A stretch of DNA of 64,000 nt from assembly GCA_037308085.1 (NCBI GenBank), contig CP147779.1, positions 96,001 through 160,000 of the forward strand, given 5' to 3'. Source of the DNA: Promethearchaeati archaeon SRVP18_Atabeyarchaeia-1. GTDB taxonomy: Archaea > Asgardarchaeota > Atabeyarchaeia > Atabeyarchaeales > Atabeyarchaeaceae. The translations under genes were made by a program, and so were the position numbers. This document shows, one piece after another, positions 16,760-26,962 of this stretch (position 1 is the stretch's first letter; each line of letters begins with the position of its first letter). The notes below the pieces were generated by a model, which had not been told where the DNA came from, ran no database searches, and was given only the letters and a program-made list of their open reading frames with translations.

Positions 16760-17863
16760 ATGGCATTTGACTTCAGGGGCAGGGCGACCGCGGAAAAGAT
16801 CCTCCGGATTATTAAGAGCCTCAACCTACAGATCCAAATCATGCACGTATGCGGTACCCACCAAGATACAATCGTGAAGTATGGATTGGATCCACTTCTG
16901 AAGGAGCGTGGTGTGACGGTGAGGCAGGGGCCTGGTTGCCCCGTCTGCGTCACTACTCAGAGGGAAATCGAGGAAGGGATACGCTTAGCCGAAACGGGCA
17001 AGATCGTGGCAACTTACGGCGATATGATGCGGGTCCCTGGCGAGAAGAAGTCTCTCACGGAAATAAGAGCTTCAGGTGGAAACGTCCAGATAGTGTACAG
17101 CATACAGGATGCGCTGTCGATTGCAGAGAAAAGGAAGGAAGGGGTTGTTTTTGTGGCTGTAGGCTTTGAGACGACTGCTCCGAGCACAGCAGTGACGCTG
17201 CTAGGACACCCACCGGCCAACTTCTCTATACTCAACTGCCACAGGTATGTTCCTCCAGCGCTCCATGCGTTGCTTGATATGGGCGAAGTAAAGATCCAGG
17301 GCTTCATTGAGCCAGGCCACGTGAGCACCATAATCGGACTAAAGCCCTACGAAGAGTTGTCAGCGAAATACGGGATACCTCAGGTCGTCGCAGGATTCGA
17401 GCCCCTAGATGTGTTGATGTCTGTTTATATGCTCGCAAGACAGATAGTAAAAGGAGAAGCAAAAGTGGAGAACGAGTACACGAGAGTAGTTAAATACGAA
17501 GGGAATCCAAAAGCACTTGAAGCATTGCACGAAGTCTTCGAGCCCTGTGATGTTAAGTGGAGAGGCTTCCCAGTGATCCCTAGTTCGGGAATGAAGTTAA
17601 AAGAGGAGTTTGAGGAATTCGACGCGAGGAAAGTCTACGAGGATGAACTTAGAGAGGTTTCCCGGAGGGAATTCAGTGAGCCAAAGGGATGCATGTGCAG
17701 CGAAGTCTTGAGGGGGTTGATTGAGTCGACGGAGTGCCCGCTTTTCTCAGAAGCTTGTACGCCTCAGCATCCTGTCGGTCCCTGTATGGTTTCTATGGAA
17801 GGGGCATGCAACATACTGTTCAAGTACTGTGGGACAGAAACGAAAAGGAAGAGGAAGAAGTAG
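16760..17863 (+). CDS. hypD: Hydrogenase formation protein HypD
   Basis: HVCGTH, GPGCPVC, GFETTAP, PGHVS, GPCMVSMEGAC. Confidence 0.97.
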   Translation: MAFDFRGRATAEKILRIIKSLNLQIQIMHVCGTHQDTIVKYGLDPLLKERGVTVRQGPGCPVCVTTQREIEEGIRLAETGKIVATYGDMMRVPGEKKSLTEIRASGGNVQIVYSIQDALSIAEKRKEGVVFVAVGFETTAPSTAVTLLGHPPANFSILNCHRYVPPALHALLDMGEVKIQGFIEPGHVSTIIGLKPYEELSAKYGIPQVVAGFEPLDVLMSVYMLARQIVKGEAKVENEYTRVVKYEGNPKALEALHEVFEPCDVKWRGFPVIPSSGMKLKEEFEEFDARKVYEDELREVSRREFSEPKGCMCSEVLRGLIESTECPLFSEACTPQHPVGPCMVSMEGACNILFKYCGTETKRKRKK

Positions 17864-17923
17864 TTCAATCTCAGGTCGTTGTCGTGTAGGCAAGTCTACA
17901 TCGACTCGTTGTCCGTGGTGAGT

Positions 17924-18484
17924 ATGGAAATGGGTATCGTTAGAATAGTCATGATGGTTGACGAAAACAAGGATGCATCATGCTACAAGTTGCGGCATGA
18001 GGCAGGAGAAGGAGGAGAAGGGCAGAAGAACAGGTGGGATACGACTTCAGAGGACGAGAAAAACGAGGTTTGCAGTAAGTGCCCACTCGCTTGGAACCGA
18101 GGCTTCTGCGAGGGGAAATTCGGACCAACCTATTCCAGTTTGCCCAGCTTCGCCAAAAGGTTCGGATGCGATATAATCGCGGATATTCCGAAGAGTTATG
18201 AAAAGCGAGTGATATTCTCCCCGCCCCAAGCGCAGAGGCTTCTGGAGGAAGTCGGTCTGCTCCGGGAGAAGCTGAAATTTGAGAAGGATACCGTGTTCAT
18301 ACCGAAGGAAAATGAGAGCCTGCCTGAAGAAAAGATAGAGCAATGGCTGGCTTATACGGTCGGCTTCGACGGGGTTGTCACTAGAAAGATCAATGCGCTG
18401 AGAGTTCACGAGGCGACCTTAACCCAGCTGGAGAATATGGCTAAGACTTGCGTTGAGCATAGTTGTAGCTTCACGTTCTCTTAG
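17924..18484 (+). CDS. Cys-containing hypothetical protein
   Basis: Open 186-aa frame after a GGTG RBS; C, CxxC, C, C, C pattern. Confidence 0.7.
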   Translation: MEMGIVRIVMMVDENKDASCYKLRHEAGEGGEGQKNRWDTTSEDEKNEVCSKCPLAWNRGFCEGKFGPTYSSLPSFAKRFGCDIIADIPKSYEKRVIFSPPQAQRLLEEVGLLREKLKFEKDTVFIPKENESLPEEKIEQWLAYTVGFDGVVTRKINALRVHEATLTQLENMAKTCVEHSCSFTFS

Positions 18485-18504
18485 CAGCTTAGCAATCTAG
18501 TGGA

Positions 18505-19566
18505 TCAGCATATCCTCGGAACAGGGTCTCCAGCAGGAGGAGGCAGAATTCGTTTTCCACCCACCGTTGTCTCGATTACAACTTGACTGTACGACTTGGT
18601 GGCTTCTCCTATTATTGCAGCGTTTCTGCCTTCGTCTGTCCGTTTCAGCGCTTGTAGAACTTCTTCAGCCTTCTGAGCGACAACTGCTATCGCTATTTTT
18701 CCTTCGTTTCCTATCTCTAAGGGGTCGAGGCCCAGCATTTCGCATGCAGTTCGGACACCCTCGCTTATAGGGATGTCCTCCTGCCTGACTATTATTCCAG
18801 TGTCAGATTTCTCGCTCCACTCGTTTAGCAGATTCGCGAGTCCACCCCTTGTCGGATCCTTCATCTTCACTACTCCCCCCACCTGAAGAAGTTTCTCGGT
18901 TAGCTTGTTCAGAGGTCTTACGTCTGACTTTACCTCGCTCTCAAACCCATATCCTTCCCGAAAGGATAGAATCGCTATCCCATGGTCTCCCATAGTTCCA
19001 GAGACGATGATCTTATCGCCGTCCCGGATGTTGGAGTCAAGCAGCCACCGCGAATCGAATGATGGCCGATATTTCTTAGCGATCTCAATGTTCCTGTCTA
19101 GGAACCTGCTTCTGCGTCCGACGCCTGATGTGTTTATGACGCACTTCTCAAGGGAACCTTTCTCAACAACCTTTGTGTCACCAGTTATTACGGAGACGCC
19201 AGCTTCCTTGCATGTCTCCCCCATGCTCTTCAATATACGTTCAAGGTCCTTGATGGGAAAACCCTCCTCAAGTATGAGACCTGCCGCCAATGCTATTGGC
19301 TCGGCGCCCATGACAGCGATGTCATTGACGGTTCCCGATATTGAGAGCCTGCCGATGTCTCCACCTGGGAAAAACAGTGGTTTGACGGTGTGCGAATCTG
19401 ATTTCAAGACGATTCCATCTACAACCCCCGAGTCGTCAAGAGCCTCTAAGGGAACCTCTGCATTGCTTCCACCAAGGTACTTCAGAATATAGCTCTTTAT
19501 GAGCTCCTGCATCACGCTGCCGCCAGCTCCATGTGACATAGTAATATGGCTCAACTGACTTCTCAC
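18505..19566 (-). CDS. hypE: Hydrogenase maturation protein HypE
   Basis: SHGAGG, PLFFPGGDIG, GDTKV, DPTRGG, C-terminal PRIC. Confidence 0.97.
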   Translation of the reverse strand: MRSQLSHITMSHGAGGSVMQELIKSYILKYLGGSNAEVPLEALDDSGVVDGIVLKSDSHTVKPLFFPGGDIGRLSISGTVNDIAVMGAEPIALAAGLILEEGFPIKDLERILKSMGETCKEAGVSVITGDTKVVEKGSLEKCVINTSGVGRRSRFLDRNIEIAKKYRPSFDSRWLLDSNIRDGDKIIVSGTMGDHGIAILSFREGYGFESEVKSDVRPLNKLTEKLLQVGGVVKMKDPTRGGLANLLNEWSEKSDTGIIVRQEDIPISEGVRTACEMLGLDPLEIGNEGKIAIAVVAQKAEEVLQALKRTDEGRNAAIIGEATKSYSQVVIETTVGGKRILPPPAGDPVPRIC

Positions 19567-19733
19567 CTCAAGAAGAACGTCGCGATGCTACCTATAGCAC
19601 AAGTGAGAATTACAAGCCCCAGCAACGTAAATAACCTTTTTTGCACTTCAAAGTAGCCACTCTTGGGGTGCAGGAGTGCAGAGCCCACTCGCTCAATTCC
19701 AAGAAGAGAGAAAAGGAAAGTTGGTTGGCTTAC

Positions 19734-20540
19734 CTAGAGCCTTTGAAGTATTGCGTCGCGCGTGAATTTTCTCGAAGCCACTTTGAAGAGCCCATAGTCA
19801 GCGACAGCAAATATGGCGACGACGGTGAGCACGAAGTAAATGCTCGTTATGGCGCCAACCAAGATCGGAAGGAACGCAATGACTAAGACGGGAACAACGA
19901 CCACGCCACCAAGCTGAGTTGCCTCCATCACCTTGGTGGCCCTAGTTGAGACCCAGACCATGGTCAGTATGCCGAAGAACGCCAATAGCGGATAGAGTAG
20001 AGCCAACTGGATCAGCACGGTGATGTTTGGAAATATCAACTGAAATGCGCCGTTCACGAAGTACCATGACAAGTTTACCACTATCGTCGTTGAGAGAATG
20101 CAGGCATACGTTGTTATGATTGTAGGTATGAAGGACGTAAGTATCTTGCCAAGAAGGATCTCTGAATCTGTTAGAGGCGTTTCTAGAAGCTGTTGTATGG
20201 TCTTCCTTTCTTTCTCACCAGCAAAGCTGTCAGCAGCAATATAGACTGGGAGAATTACTGGAACCATAAGCAACATTTCTGCAAGGAACGCATACAGAAA
20301 GAACAGATATGTACGCTGGCCCAATGTGAAGCCGGGGAAGAAGTCAGGCGGGATAGGCATGCCAGAGGTACCGCCACCAGAAGATATGCCCACAAGTTCG
20401 CCAAGGAACCCATACAACATGGGGATGACAAACCCAAATAGCAGTCCCATTCCGACAAAGCTGTACTTTATGACCCTGCTTCTGAATGCCTCGCGCATTT
20501 CCTTTCTAGCTATTATCATTGATCTCTTGAGCACTGCCAT
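19734..20540 (-). CDS. ABC-2 type exporter permease
   Basis: ~6 TM helices, AADSFAGEKERKTIQQLLETP. Confidence 0.9.
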   Translation of the reverse strand: MAVLKRSMIIARKEMREAFRSRVIKYSFVGMGLLFGFVIPMLYGFLGELVGISSGGGTSGMPIPPDFFPGFTLGQRTYLFFLYAFLAEMLLMVPVILPVYIAADSFAGEKERKTIQQLLETPLTDSEILLGKILTSFIPTIITTYACILSTTIVVNLSWYFVNGAFQLIFPNITVLIQLALLYPLLAFFGILTMVWVSTRATKVMEATQLGGVVVVPVLVIAFLPILVGAITSIYFVLTVVAIFAVADYGLFKVASRKFTRDAILQRL

Positions 20541-20548
20541 ACCTCCAT

Positions 20549-21538
20549 CTACCTGCTTTCATCTGCCTGGCCGACGATCTTCAAGTAGACGTCTTCCAGC
20601 GTCTTCCTTTCTTCTTGCAGTGTCACTATCTTACCACCAAGCTGGAGTATCTTCTGGATAATCTGCGGGTTAGCCTCATTCGGTACGTCTGTCTCATAGC
20701 GAACAGTGTTTCGACTAATCTTGATGTTCTCAATTGAACCTATCTCGGCAAGCTTCCCCGAATCCCCTTTCTCCAGTGCAGAGAGCAGTGTGACCGTGAA
20801 TACCCTTCTTTTCCATAAGGAACCCTCTAGTTCACGCGTTCCTCCTATTGTGGCTATTTTACCCTTGTTTATGATTGCTATCCGATCGCAAATCGATTCT
20901 GCCTCAGGCAAGTTATGGGTGCACAGGAATACGGTCCGGTTCAATTGCTTGCAGAAATTCGCCAGCCAATCCCGGAATGATTTAGCGGTAGCCGGGTCGA
21001 GTCCAGTCGTAGGCTCGTCCATAAACAGGACTTGGGGGTCGTTGATGATCGCCCGAGCTATGCTCACCTTCTGGCGCATACCTCGACTGAAGGTTGCTAT
21101 TCTATCATTTCTTCTCGGCCAAAGCTCCATCATATCTAGGAGCTCTCTTTCTCGACCTTTGATTTCGCTTTCAGGAACACCATAGAGTCTAGCGAAGTAC
21201 TCAAGGTTCTCTAAGGGGGTCATTCGTTCGTAGAGTCCAGCAAGCTCAGGTTCAGGTAGTAGGCCAACAATTGATCTGACCTCATTCGCCTGCGTGGCCA
21301 CGTTATGCCCGTCGACGCTTGCTTTGCCATCATCTGGCCTTATTAGACCGCAAAGAAGTCTGACCGTAGTTGTTTTCCCAGCCCCATTTGGTCCAAGAAA
21401 ACCAAAAATCTCCCCCTTCTTGACGGAAAATGAAACGTGATCCACTGCCATGACATTTCCGAATGCCCTAGTCAGACCCTCAGCGGCTATTATCTCCGAC
21501 AAGTCAACCTCATCTCCATACAAGAGAGCTTCGACCAT
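20549..21538 (-). CDS. ABC exporter ATP-binding protein
   Basis: GPNGAGKTT, FSRGM, MDEPTTGLD. Confidence 0.95.
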   Translation of the reverse strand: MVEALLYGDEVDLSEIIAAEGLTRAFGNVMAVDHVSFSVKKGEIFGFLGPNGAGKTTTVRLLCGLIRPDDGKASVDGHNVATQANEVRSIVGLLPEPELAGLYERMTPLENLEYFARLYGVPESEIKGRERELLDMMELWPRRNDRIATFSRGMRQKVSIARAIINDPQVLFMDEPTTGLDPATAKSFRDWLANFCKQLNRTVFLCTHNLPEAESICDRIAIINKGKIATIGGTRELEGSLWKRRVFTVTLLSALEKGDSGKLAEIGSIENIKISRNTVRYETDVPNEANPQIIQKILQLGGKIVTLQEERKTLEDVYLKIVGQADESR

Positions 21539-21631
21539 AATTTGGATTGGCTTCTATCTACTTTCTGGTTTCACTTACTGAAATAGGCTCTGAGGAAAAC
21601 TTTATATAGCTCCAGGTATATATCTATTACG

Positions 21632-21655
21632 GTAGTTGTAATCGATTACACCTAC
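21632..21655. promoter_or_regulatory. Palindromic operator candidate GTAGTTGTAATCGATTACACCTAC
   Basis: Perfect 14-bp core, 11 of 12 arm pairs; lies between the TATA boxes (~21601-21624) and the regulator start. Confidence 0.65.
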
Positions 21656-21670
21656 AGAGATGAAGATCTA

Positions 21671-22291
21671 ATGGATGAATCCATGGTTTTGAAGGATGCA
21701 GAGAAGATACGCATCAGCCTAGAGCCGCTCAACAGGAAGATACTTGACCTCCTGATCGATAGAGAAATGACGATCACAATGTTGGCCAACTCAATAAGGG
21801 ACAAGGGCAAAAAGGGTGTTCCTGCCCCAACAATTCTGCGAAGGGTCAGAAAACTCGTTGAAGCGGGACTTATCGAACAAACGAGAGTCGGAACTCCCCC
21901 CCAGAGCAAGGCAAAGAACCTCCTCGAGAAGTTCTACAGAACAAAAGCAAACAAGTTCATAGTGGACACAGAAATAAGCAAGGCGAAAGCGAAAGAAAGA
22001 GCTGCCGAACCTAAGGCTCCGCATGACGCTGTCACCATCCTGGAATCTTACGGATACGGTGTTGCCGAGCAAGGGAAGACTGATTTCGCTTCAAAGTTCA
22101 CTGAATTTCAGAGGCTTCTTGAGGAGAAGAGCAGAGTCCTGACGACAAAGAAACAGTCTTCGAAAACAACGGAGAAGGTGGATCCTAGGATCGACCAGAG
22201 CGTTTTCCAGTTGCTTATGGCCCTAGAAGAATCCAAAGATGAGAAAATAGCTAAACTCATTGATGAGATAAAACGCAGCCTCAGAGAATAG
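21671..22291 (+). CDS. ArsR-like winged-helix transcriptional regulator
   Basis: PLNRKILDLL..EMTITMLA...TILRRVRKLVEAGLIE...EKFY. Confidence 0.85.
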   Translation: MDESMVLKDAEKIRISLEPLNRKILDLLIDREMTITMLANSIRDKGKKGVPAPTILRRVRKLVEAGLIEQTRVGTPPQSKAKNLLEKFYRTKANKFIVDTEISKAKAKERAAEPKAPHDAVTILESYGYGVAEQGKTDFASKFTEFQRLLEEKSRVLTTKKQSSKTTEKVDPRIDQSVFQLLMALEESKDEKIAKLIDEIKRSLRE

Positions 22292-22343
22292 GTACTCTAA
22301 TGACAAGCTGATGCGTTGAGAAGACCGCCTTCCCATTTTTGCA

Positions 22344-23018
22344 TCAGCCTATCTCCCTGATGAACTGGGTGACGAATGATGCAAGGTACTTCTGGCGACG
22401 CTTTACCAGTTGCCTTCCCGTTTCGGTGTGGATCGTCTCCCCGAGTTTGAGGAGCTTCTTCTGGAAGTGGTCCAAGACGTATCTGTCGTCGTCTAACTCT
22501 CTGTTTTTCGCGAGCGGATCAGCTGTATCGTAGAGTTCCATGTTCTTTGCCCCGCCATAGGCGAAAGCCATGGCTACCCCAATTGCCCCGCTTATGTCTA
22601 TTCTGTCTGCGTCTTGCAGAATCTTCGCCTCGAGCGTCCCTGGTGTCCTATGCTGGCTGAACCGATGCACTCTTATCGCATATAGGATTTGAGACGCCTT
22701 TTCCTCAGGGTATCTGCATTCTCCAAGTAACTTTTCTGCAATCTTAGCGGACACTTCTGCGTGATCAATTCCTGGGTTTTCTCGCTCATAGCTTCTGCCA
22801 ACATCGTGGAGTAGCGCTGCCGCCTCGACGACCAAAAGGTCAGCCTTTTCTTTCCTACCGATTCTCGCGCACAGCCCGTGAACCCTGACCATATGCGTCT
22901 CGTCGTGCCCGGCAAAGCCATGATGCTTCATCCATTCAAGCGCCTTCTGTTTCAGGCAATCTGTTAGAGACACCGTTTCGTTACCAGTTTTCCGCGCCAA
23001 ACCTGTGATCAGCTCCAA
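22344..23018 (-). CDS. HD-domain phosphohydrolase
   Basis: GHDETH..RV, LLHDVGR, DHA, HRFS, LQDADRID. Confidence 0.9.
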   Translation of the reverse strand: MELITGLARKTGNETVSLTDCLKQKALEWMKHHGFAGHDETHMVRVHGLCARIGRKEKADLLVVEAAALLHDVGRSYERENPGIDHAEVSAKIAEKLLGECRYPEEKASQILYAIRVHRFSQHRTPGTLEAKILQDADRIDISGAIGVAMAFAYGGAKNMELYDTADPLAKNRELDDDRYVLDHFQKKLLKLGETIHTETGRQLVKRRQKYLASFVTQFIREIG

Positions 23019-23236
23019 CTATTGAGAATGAAATCGGGTATATATCTACATTCAAATCCATAGCACGCAGATTCGTGCCCTCAAGCTTTGCTGACGGAAT
23101 CCCGGCAGGTTTACTAATCGACATCGGTAAGGATAAGAACGGCTTTGAACACGATTAATGATAAATAGGATGACGCTCAATTACGGGAAAAGCATACTTT
23201 TCTCGGAAACGCGCAGAGAGGAGAGTTGGATCCTAA

Positions 23237-24004
23237 ATGCTTCACTTCACCTCAAAACTTGCCTTGGGCAAACCAGATGACGCGGTGCACCAGAGGCTCG
23301 TGAAGTACAGTAAGGGAGATTTCGACGGTCCTGTTATCGAACTGGCGGTAAGGGGAAAGACTCTGACCATGAACGGGAGTCCCGAGTACGAGGACGCGAT
23401 TGGATGGATCTTGGCGAGTCTTGCTCCTCCCCAGTTAGAGCTGAGAGTCGCCGGCTCCATAAGATCCAGTGAAAACCACAGTGAATCTCTCAAGGGCGCA
23501 GGACTGGACTTGGAGATGAAAAAGGCGAAGGGAAAGGCGAGATATGAAGTCAAGATTGGCGAGAAAGTCTTGGCGGCCGAGAAACTCAGGGATCTCTACT
23601 TGAAGTTGATGGGGCAATCGATTATCCTCCTTTCCGTCAAGCCAGTCTCCGGGGGGAAGGAGTGGAGCATGAACACGAAGAAAGCCTACCCCAGACCAGC
23701 TGGGAAAGGTGACTTGAAAGGACCAGACACAGACTTCTGCAAAGCAGTGATACCCGTGAGCGAGGAGACAATTCTGCGGGTTCTTTCTGACGTCGTACCA
23801 GACTTCAAGGAAGAGATTCAAAGCCCATTCAAGCAGCTTAGAGTCGCCAACCTCTACCAGATAACCGACGTAATTCTGCCAGAAAACAAGGACAGCCTTG
23901 ATTTCACAGGGGTCAGACTCAAGGCAAAGAGAAAGGGCATTCTAACAAGAAAGGTTGCGGTTGACGGCAAAGAGATTAGCAGAAAAGTGGAGTTCTCTGC
24001 GTAG
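23237..24004 (+). CDS. Conserved archaeal hypothetical protein
   Basis: 255-aa ORF with RBS; VHQRLVKYSKGDF N-terminus and AKRKG.L.R C-terminus. Confidence 0.8.
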   Translation: MLHFTSKLALGKPDDAVHQRLVKYSKGDFDGPVIELAVRGKTLTMNGSPEYEDAIGWILASLAPPQLELRVAGSIRSSENHSESLKGAGLDLEMKKAKGKARYEVKIGEKVLAAEKLRDLYLKLMGQSIILLSVKPVSGGKEWSMNTKKAYPRPAGKGDLKGPDTDFCKAVIPVSEETILRVLSDVVPDFKEEIQSPFKQLRVANLYQITDVILPENKDSLDFTGVRLKAKRKGILTRKVAVDGKEISRKVEFSA

Positions 24005-24120
24005 CATAACATCAGCCCAAGGATTGGAAGATCCATCCTTAAATTACCAGAGGTAATAATATTTTTGAAAATATGTTGAATATGAAAAGATTTTTATCTC
24101 ATTTTCAATAGGAGACAAAT

Positions 24121-24234
24121 AGCAGGCTACCACGGGCTTCGGAATACGAATGGTGGATGGCGGCAATCAGCCAATAACGTCCCGCCAAGCTGTTAATCAT
24201 GTGGTGCTGAATTGACTATGATGGTGTTCAAGAA
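24121..24234 (+). promoter_or_regulatory. Structured 5' leader of mat (candidate cis-regulatory RNA)
   Basis: BRE/TATA at ~24084-24097; hairpins CUACCA/UGGUGG and UGGCGG/CCGCCA. Confidence 0.4.
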
Positions 24235-25458
24235 ATGCCCGAACGAAATATCATGGTTGAGACCGTAAATCAAACTCCGGTCGAGAAACAGCGCGTTGAG
24301 TTGGCTGAGAGAAAAGGAGTTGGTCATCCAGATTCTATCTGCGATGGTTTTGCTGAGGAGTTAAGCAGAAAGCTGTGCTCCCTCTATAGAGAGAAAGTCG
24401 GCTACATTCTTCATCACAATGTTGACAAGCTACTTCTCACGGGTGGCGTTGCCCTACCCACGTTTGGTGGCGGAGAAGTGCTCAAACCGATAATAATAAC
24501 TACTTCAGGTAGAGCGACCCAAGAGCATGACCATGTGAAGTTCTCTATGGCCGACATAGCAAAAGATACTCTCTCTGAATTCGTTAAACGCAATTTCAGA
24601 TACCTGAAGTTTCCTCCCCATATACAACTTGATATTCTTACAAAGCCTGGGTCAATAGATTTGACGAGCCTGTTCATTCGATACCAAAAGACAAAGGAAG
24701 TGCCGGGCGCCAACGACACTAGCTTCGGTATCGGCTATGCTCCTCACAGCGAGTTGGAGAGAGCCGTATTAGCGATAGAGGCGCTAATCAACTCGAAGGA
24801 ACTCAAGAGCAGAAAACCGATGTTTGGTGAAGACGTCAAAGTAATGGGTCACAGGCTAGGCGACAAGCTCTTTTTCACAATAGCAACTCCGCAGATCAGC
24901 TCGCTTGTATCTGGTCCTAAGGAGTACCTTGAGAACAAGGCAAAACTGATTGAGGAGGTAACGAGACTCCTTAAAGCGAAGTGCAAGAGGCAATTTCAGG
25001 CCCAGAATAATACTGCTGACAACGAGAAGGATCCGAATTCTCTATACATCACGGTGACAGGAACATCGGCTGAAATGGGTGATGATGGCGAAGTTGGAAG
25101 AGGGAATCGCGTTAACGGTCTCATTACCCCCAACAGACCGATGAGCTTGGAGGCCGCAGCCGGAAAGAACCCTGTTACGCACGTCGGAAAGATATACAAT
25201 GTCCTGGCTTTCAAGATTGCGAACAGGATCTACCAAGAAGTCGGCGAGGACAGCATCGAGGAAGTTGTCGTAAAACTGCTAAGCGCCATAGGTCAGCCGA
25301 TCGATACTCCACAGATCGCCTCAGCCCAAATAGTACCGAAAGACGGACTCAGGTTGGACGAGATAAAGGGTGATGTCACGTCCATAATCAACGACCACCT
25401 GGAAAAGATAACTGAAATGACTGAAGATTTCATCAAAGGGAGACTCAGAGTCTTCTAA
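24235..25458 (+). CDS. mat: Archaeal S-adenosylmethionine synthetase
   Basis: ERKGVGHPDSICD, ANDTSFG, GEDVKVMG, GDDGEVGRGNR, EAAAGKNP. Confidence 0.97.
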   Translation: MPERNIMVETVNQTPVEKQRVELAERKGVGHPDSICDGFAEELSRKLCSLYREKVGYILHHNVDKLLLTGGVALPTFGGGEVLKPIIITTSGRATQEHDHVKFSMADIAKDTLSEFVKRNFRYLKFPPHIQLDILTKPGSIDLTSLFIRYQKTKEVPGANDTSFGIGYAPHSELERAVLAIEALINSKELKSRKPMFGEDVKVMGHRLGDKLFFTIATPQISSLVSGPKEYLENKAKLIEEVTRLLKAKCKRQFQAQNNTADNEKDPNSLYITVTGTSAEMGDDGEVGRGNRVNGLITPNRPMSLEAAAGKNPVTHVGKIYNVLAFKIANRIYQEVGEDSIEEVVVKLLSAIGQPIDTPQIASAQIVPKDGLRLDEIKGDVTSIINDHLEKITEMTEDFIKGRLRVF

Positions 25459-25659
25459 ATCAGGGATCCTATTTTTCACCCTTCTGCGGAGAAAGCGCCG
25501 AGAACATCCGCGTTAGCGCGACGCAGGGCGGCACCTTTTTTCTCGTATTTGCATACAAAGGTATAAGTATTCAGTTTCGCTCCCCGTAGGAGCACATTCT
25601 ATTATGCTAGTTTGCTTGAGCTACAACGGGCAATAGTGTGCTTGGAAGGCGAATATCGC

Positions 25660-26079
25660 TTGGAGAATGAAGACCTAAAGAAAATCAAGCAAAAGAAACT
25701 TCAGGAACACATGAAGAAGGCCGCGGATGAAGATAGGAAGACTACGGCTGGGGTTAGTGGACCGAAGCATCTTACGGATAAGGACTTCTTTGGAACTATT
25801 AACGGAGCGAGCGTCGCATTGGTTGACTTTTATGCAGATTGGTGCGGACCGTGCAGGATGATGGCCCCCATTATAGATGCACTCACGAAGGAGTATAGTG
25901 GAAAAGTCCTGGTGGCGAAGGTCAACGTCGACGATAACCCGCAGGTCTCCGAGAAGTTTGGAATCACCTCGATACCGACATTCGGTATATTCAGAGGTGG
26001 AAAATTGATGAACACGATTATTGGCGCTGTCGGCAAAGAAGCACTAAAAAGTGCAATTGACAGAGTCATGAAATCTTAG
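25660..26079 (+). CDS. trxA: Thioredoxin
   Basis: DFYADWCGPC, SIPT; TTG start inferred. Confidence 0.93.
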   Translation: MENEDLKKIKQKKLQEHMKKAADEDRKTTAGVSGPKHLTDKDFFGTINGASVALVDFYADWCGPCRMMAPIIDALTKEYSGKVLVAKVNVDDNPQVSEKFGITSIPTFGIFRGGKLMNTIIGAVGKEALKSAIDRVMKS

Positions 26080-26192
26080 GATTTGTGCAAGCAATATCCT
26101 TCTGGAACACTGAGGACAGCTTTCTTCTTTTCCGAGACTTTCCATTTTTTTGGCAGAGCACCTTTAGGCCTCAGAACGCGAGAGCTGGCGAA

Positions 26193-26648
26193 TTACCCCT
26201 CGCAACCAGCTTCATTACCGCTTATCAGCTTCCTCCTAATTCTCTCCGCTATATCGTCGAGAACCCCTCTTTCAGCCGGCTTCCTAAAGGGAGTCCACCT
26301 AGTGTCTTCGTTGGCAGTGCTTGCGCGGGGGATGACGTGAATATGGAAATGAGGGATCTTCTGCCCAGCGGAATCCCCATTGTTCTGCAGGAGGTTGACC
26401 CCATTGACGTTGCCGATGGCTGATCTTGCAGCTACACATATTCGCTTGGATAGTTTGAAAGCTTCTGCAACGAGTTCTTCTGGCATCTCAAATATACTCG
26501 CATAGTGCGCTGTGGGAACGACCAAGACGTGACCATAGGAGATTGGGAATGCGTCCATAAATGCAACTATCTCAGGGCTATCGAAGACGAAGCTTGCCGG
26601 TAGCCTGTGTCCCGCAATGTCACAGAACCTGCAACTTGGAACATTCAT
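26193..26648 (-). CDS. HIT family hydrolase
   Basis: CRFC, GHVLVVP, AGQKIPHFHIHVIPR. Confidence 0.93.
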   Translation of the reverse strand: MNVPSCRFCDIAGHRLPASFVFDSPEIVAFMDAFPISYGHVLVVPTAHYASIFEMPEELVAEAFKLSKRICVAARSAIGNVNGVNLLQNNGDSAGQKIPHFHIHVIPRASTANEDTRWTPFRKPAERGVLDDIAERIRRKLISGNEAGCEG

Positions 26649-26962
26649 TATCAGAACTCTCCTAACTAGCGAGGCAGGGTCAAGCTGCTTTCCTAATAGA
26701 TGTAGTTCGCGGAGTGCATTTATGCATTGTTCAGGCTTTGATCTACGTAGATATTCATAGGCATGCGGGTAGGTATGCGCCCGCTTGCCTATCGTATTGG
26801 TTGCCAACGGACTATTGATAGCCTTTCGACAGAGACTCCGCAATAGTACGCCCAACATGATTGAGACAGAGCTACTCCAGGGACTTCTCCGATAGCGTTA
26901 AATCAAAGAAGATGAACTTAACTTGAATTAGTATATCATTCAATGGAGGAAGATCAAGAAAG

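Noticed and set aside
18505-19566. HypE as a substitute for the purM absent from the pur cluster
   Set aside because: The C-terminal PRIC and hyp context mark it as a true HypE; purM is probably outside the window.
24128-24138. 11-mer TACCACGGGCT shared by the mat leader and the rpoK leader (61465-61475, minus strand)
   Set aside because: Matches of this length are expected by chance among the intergenic regions.
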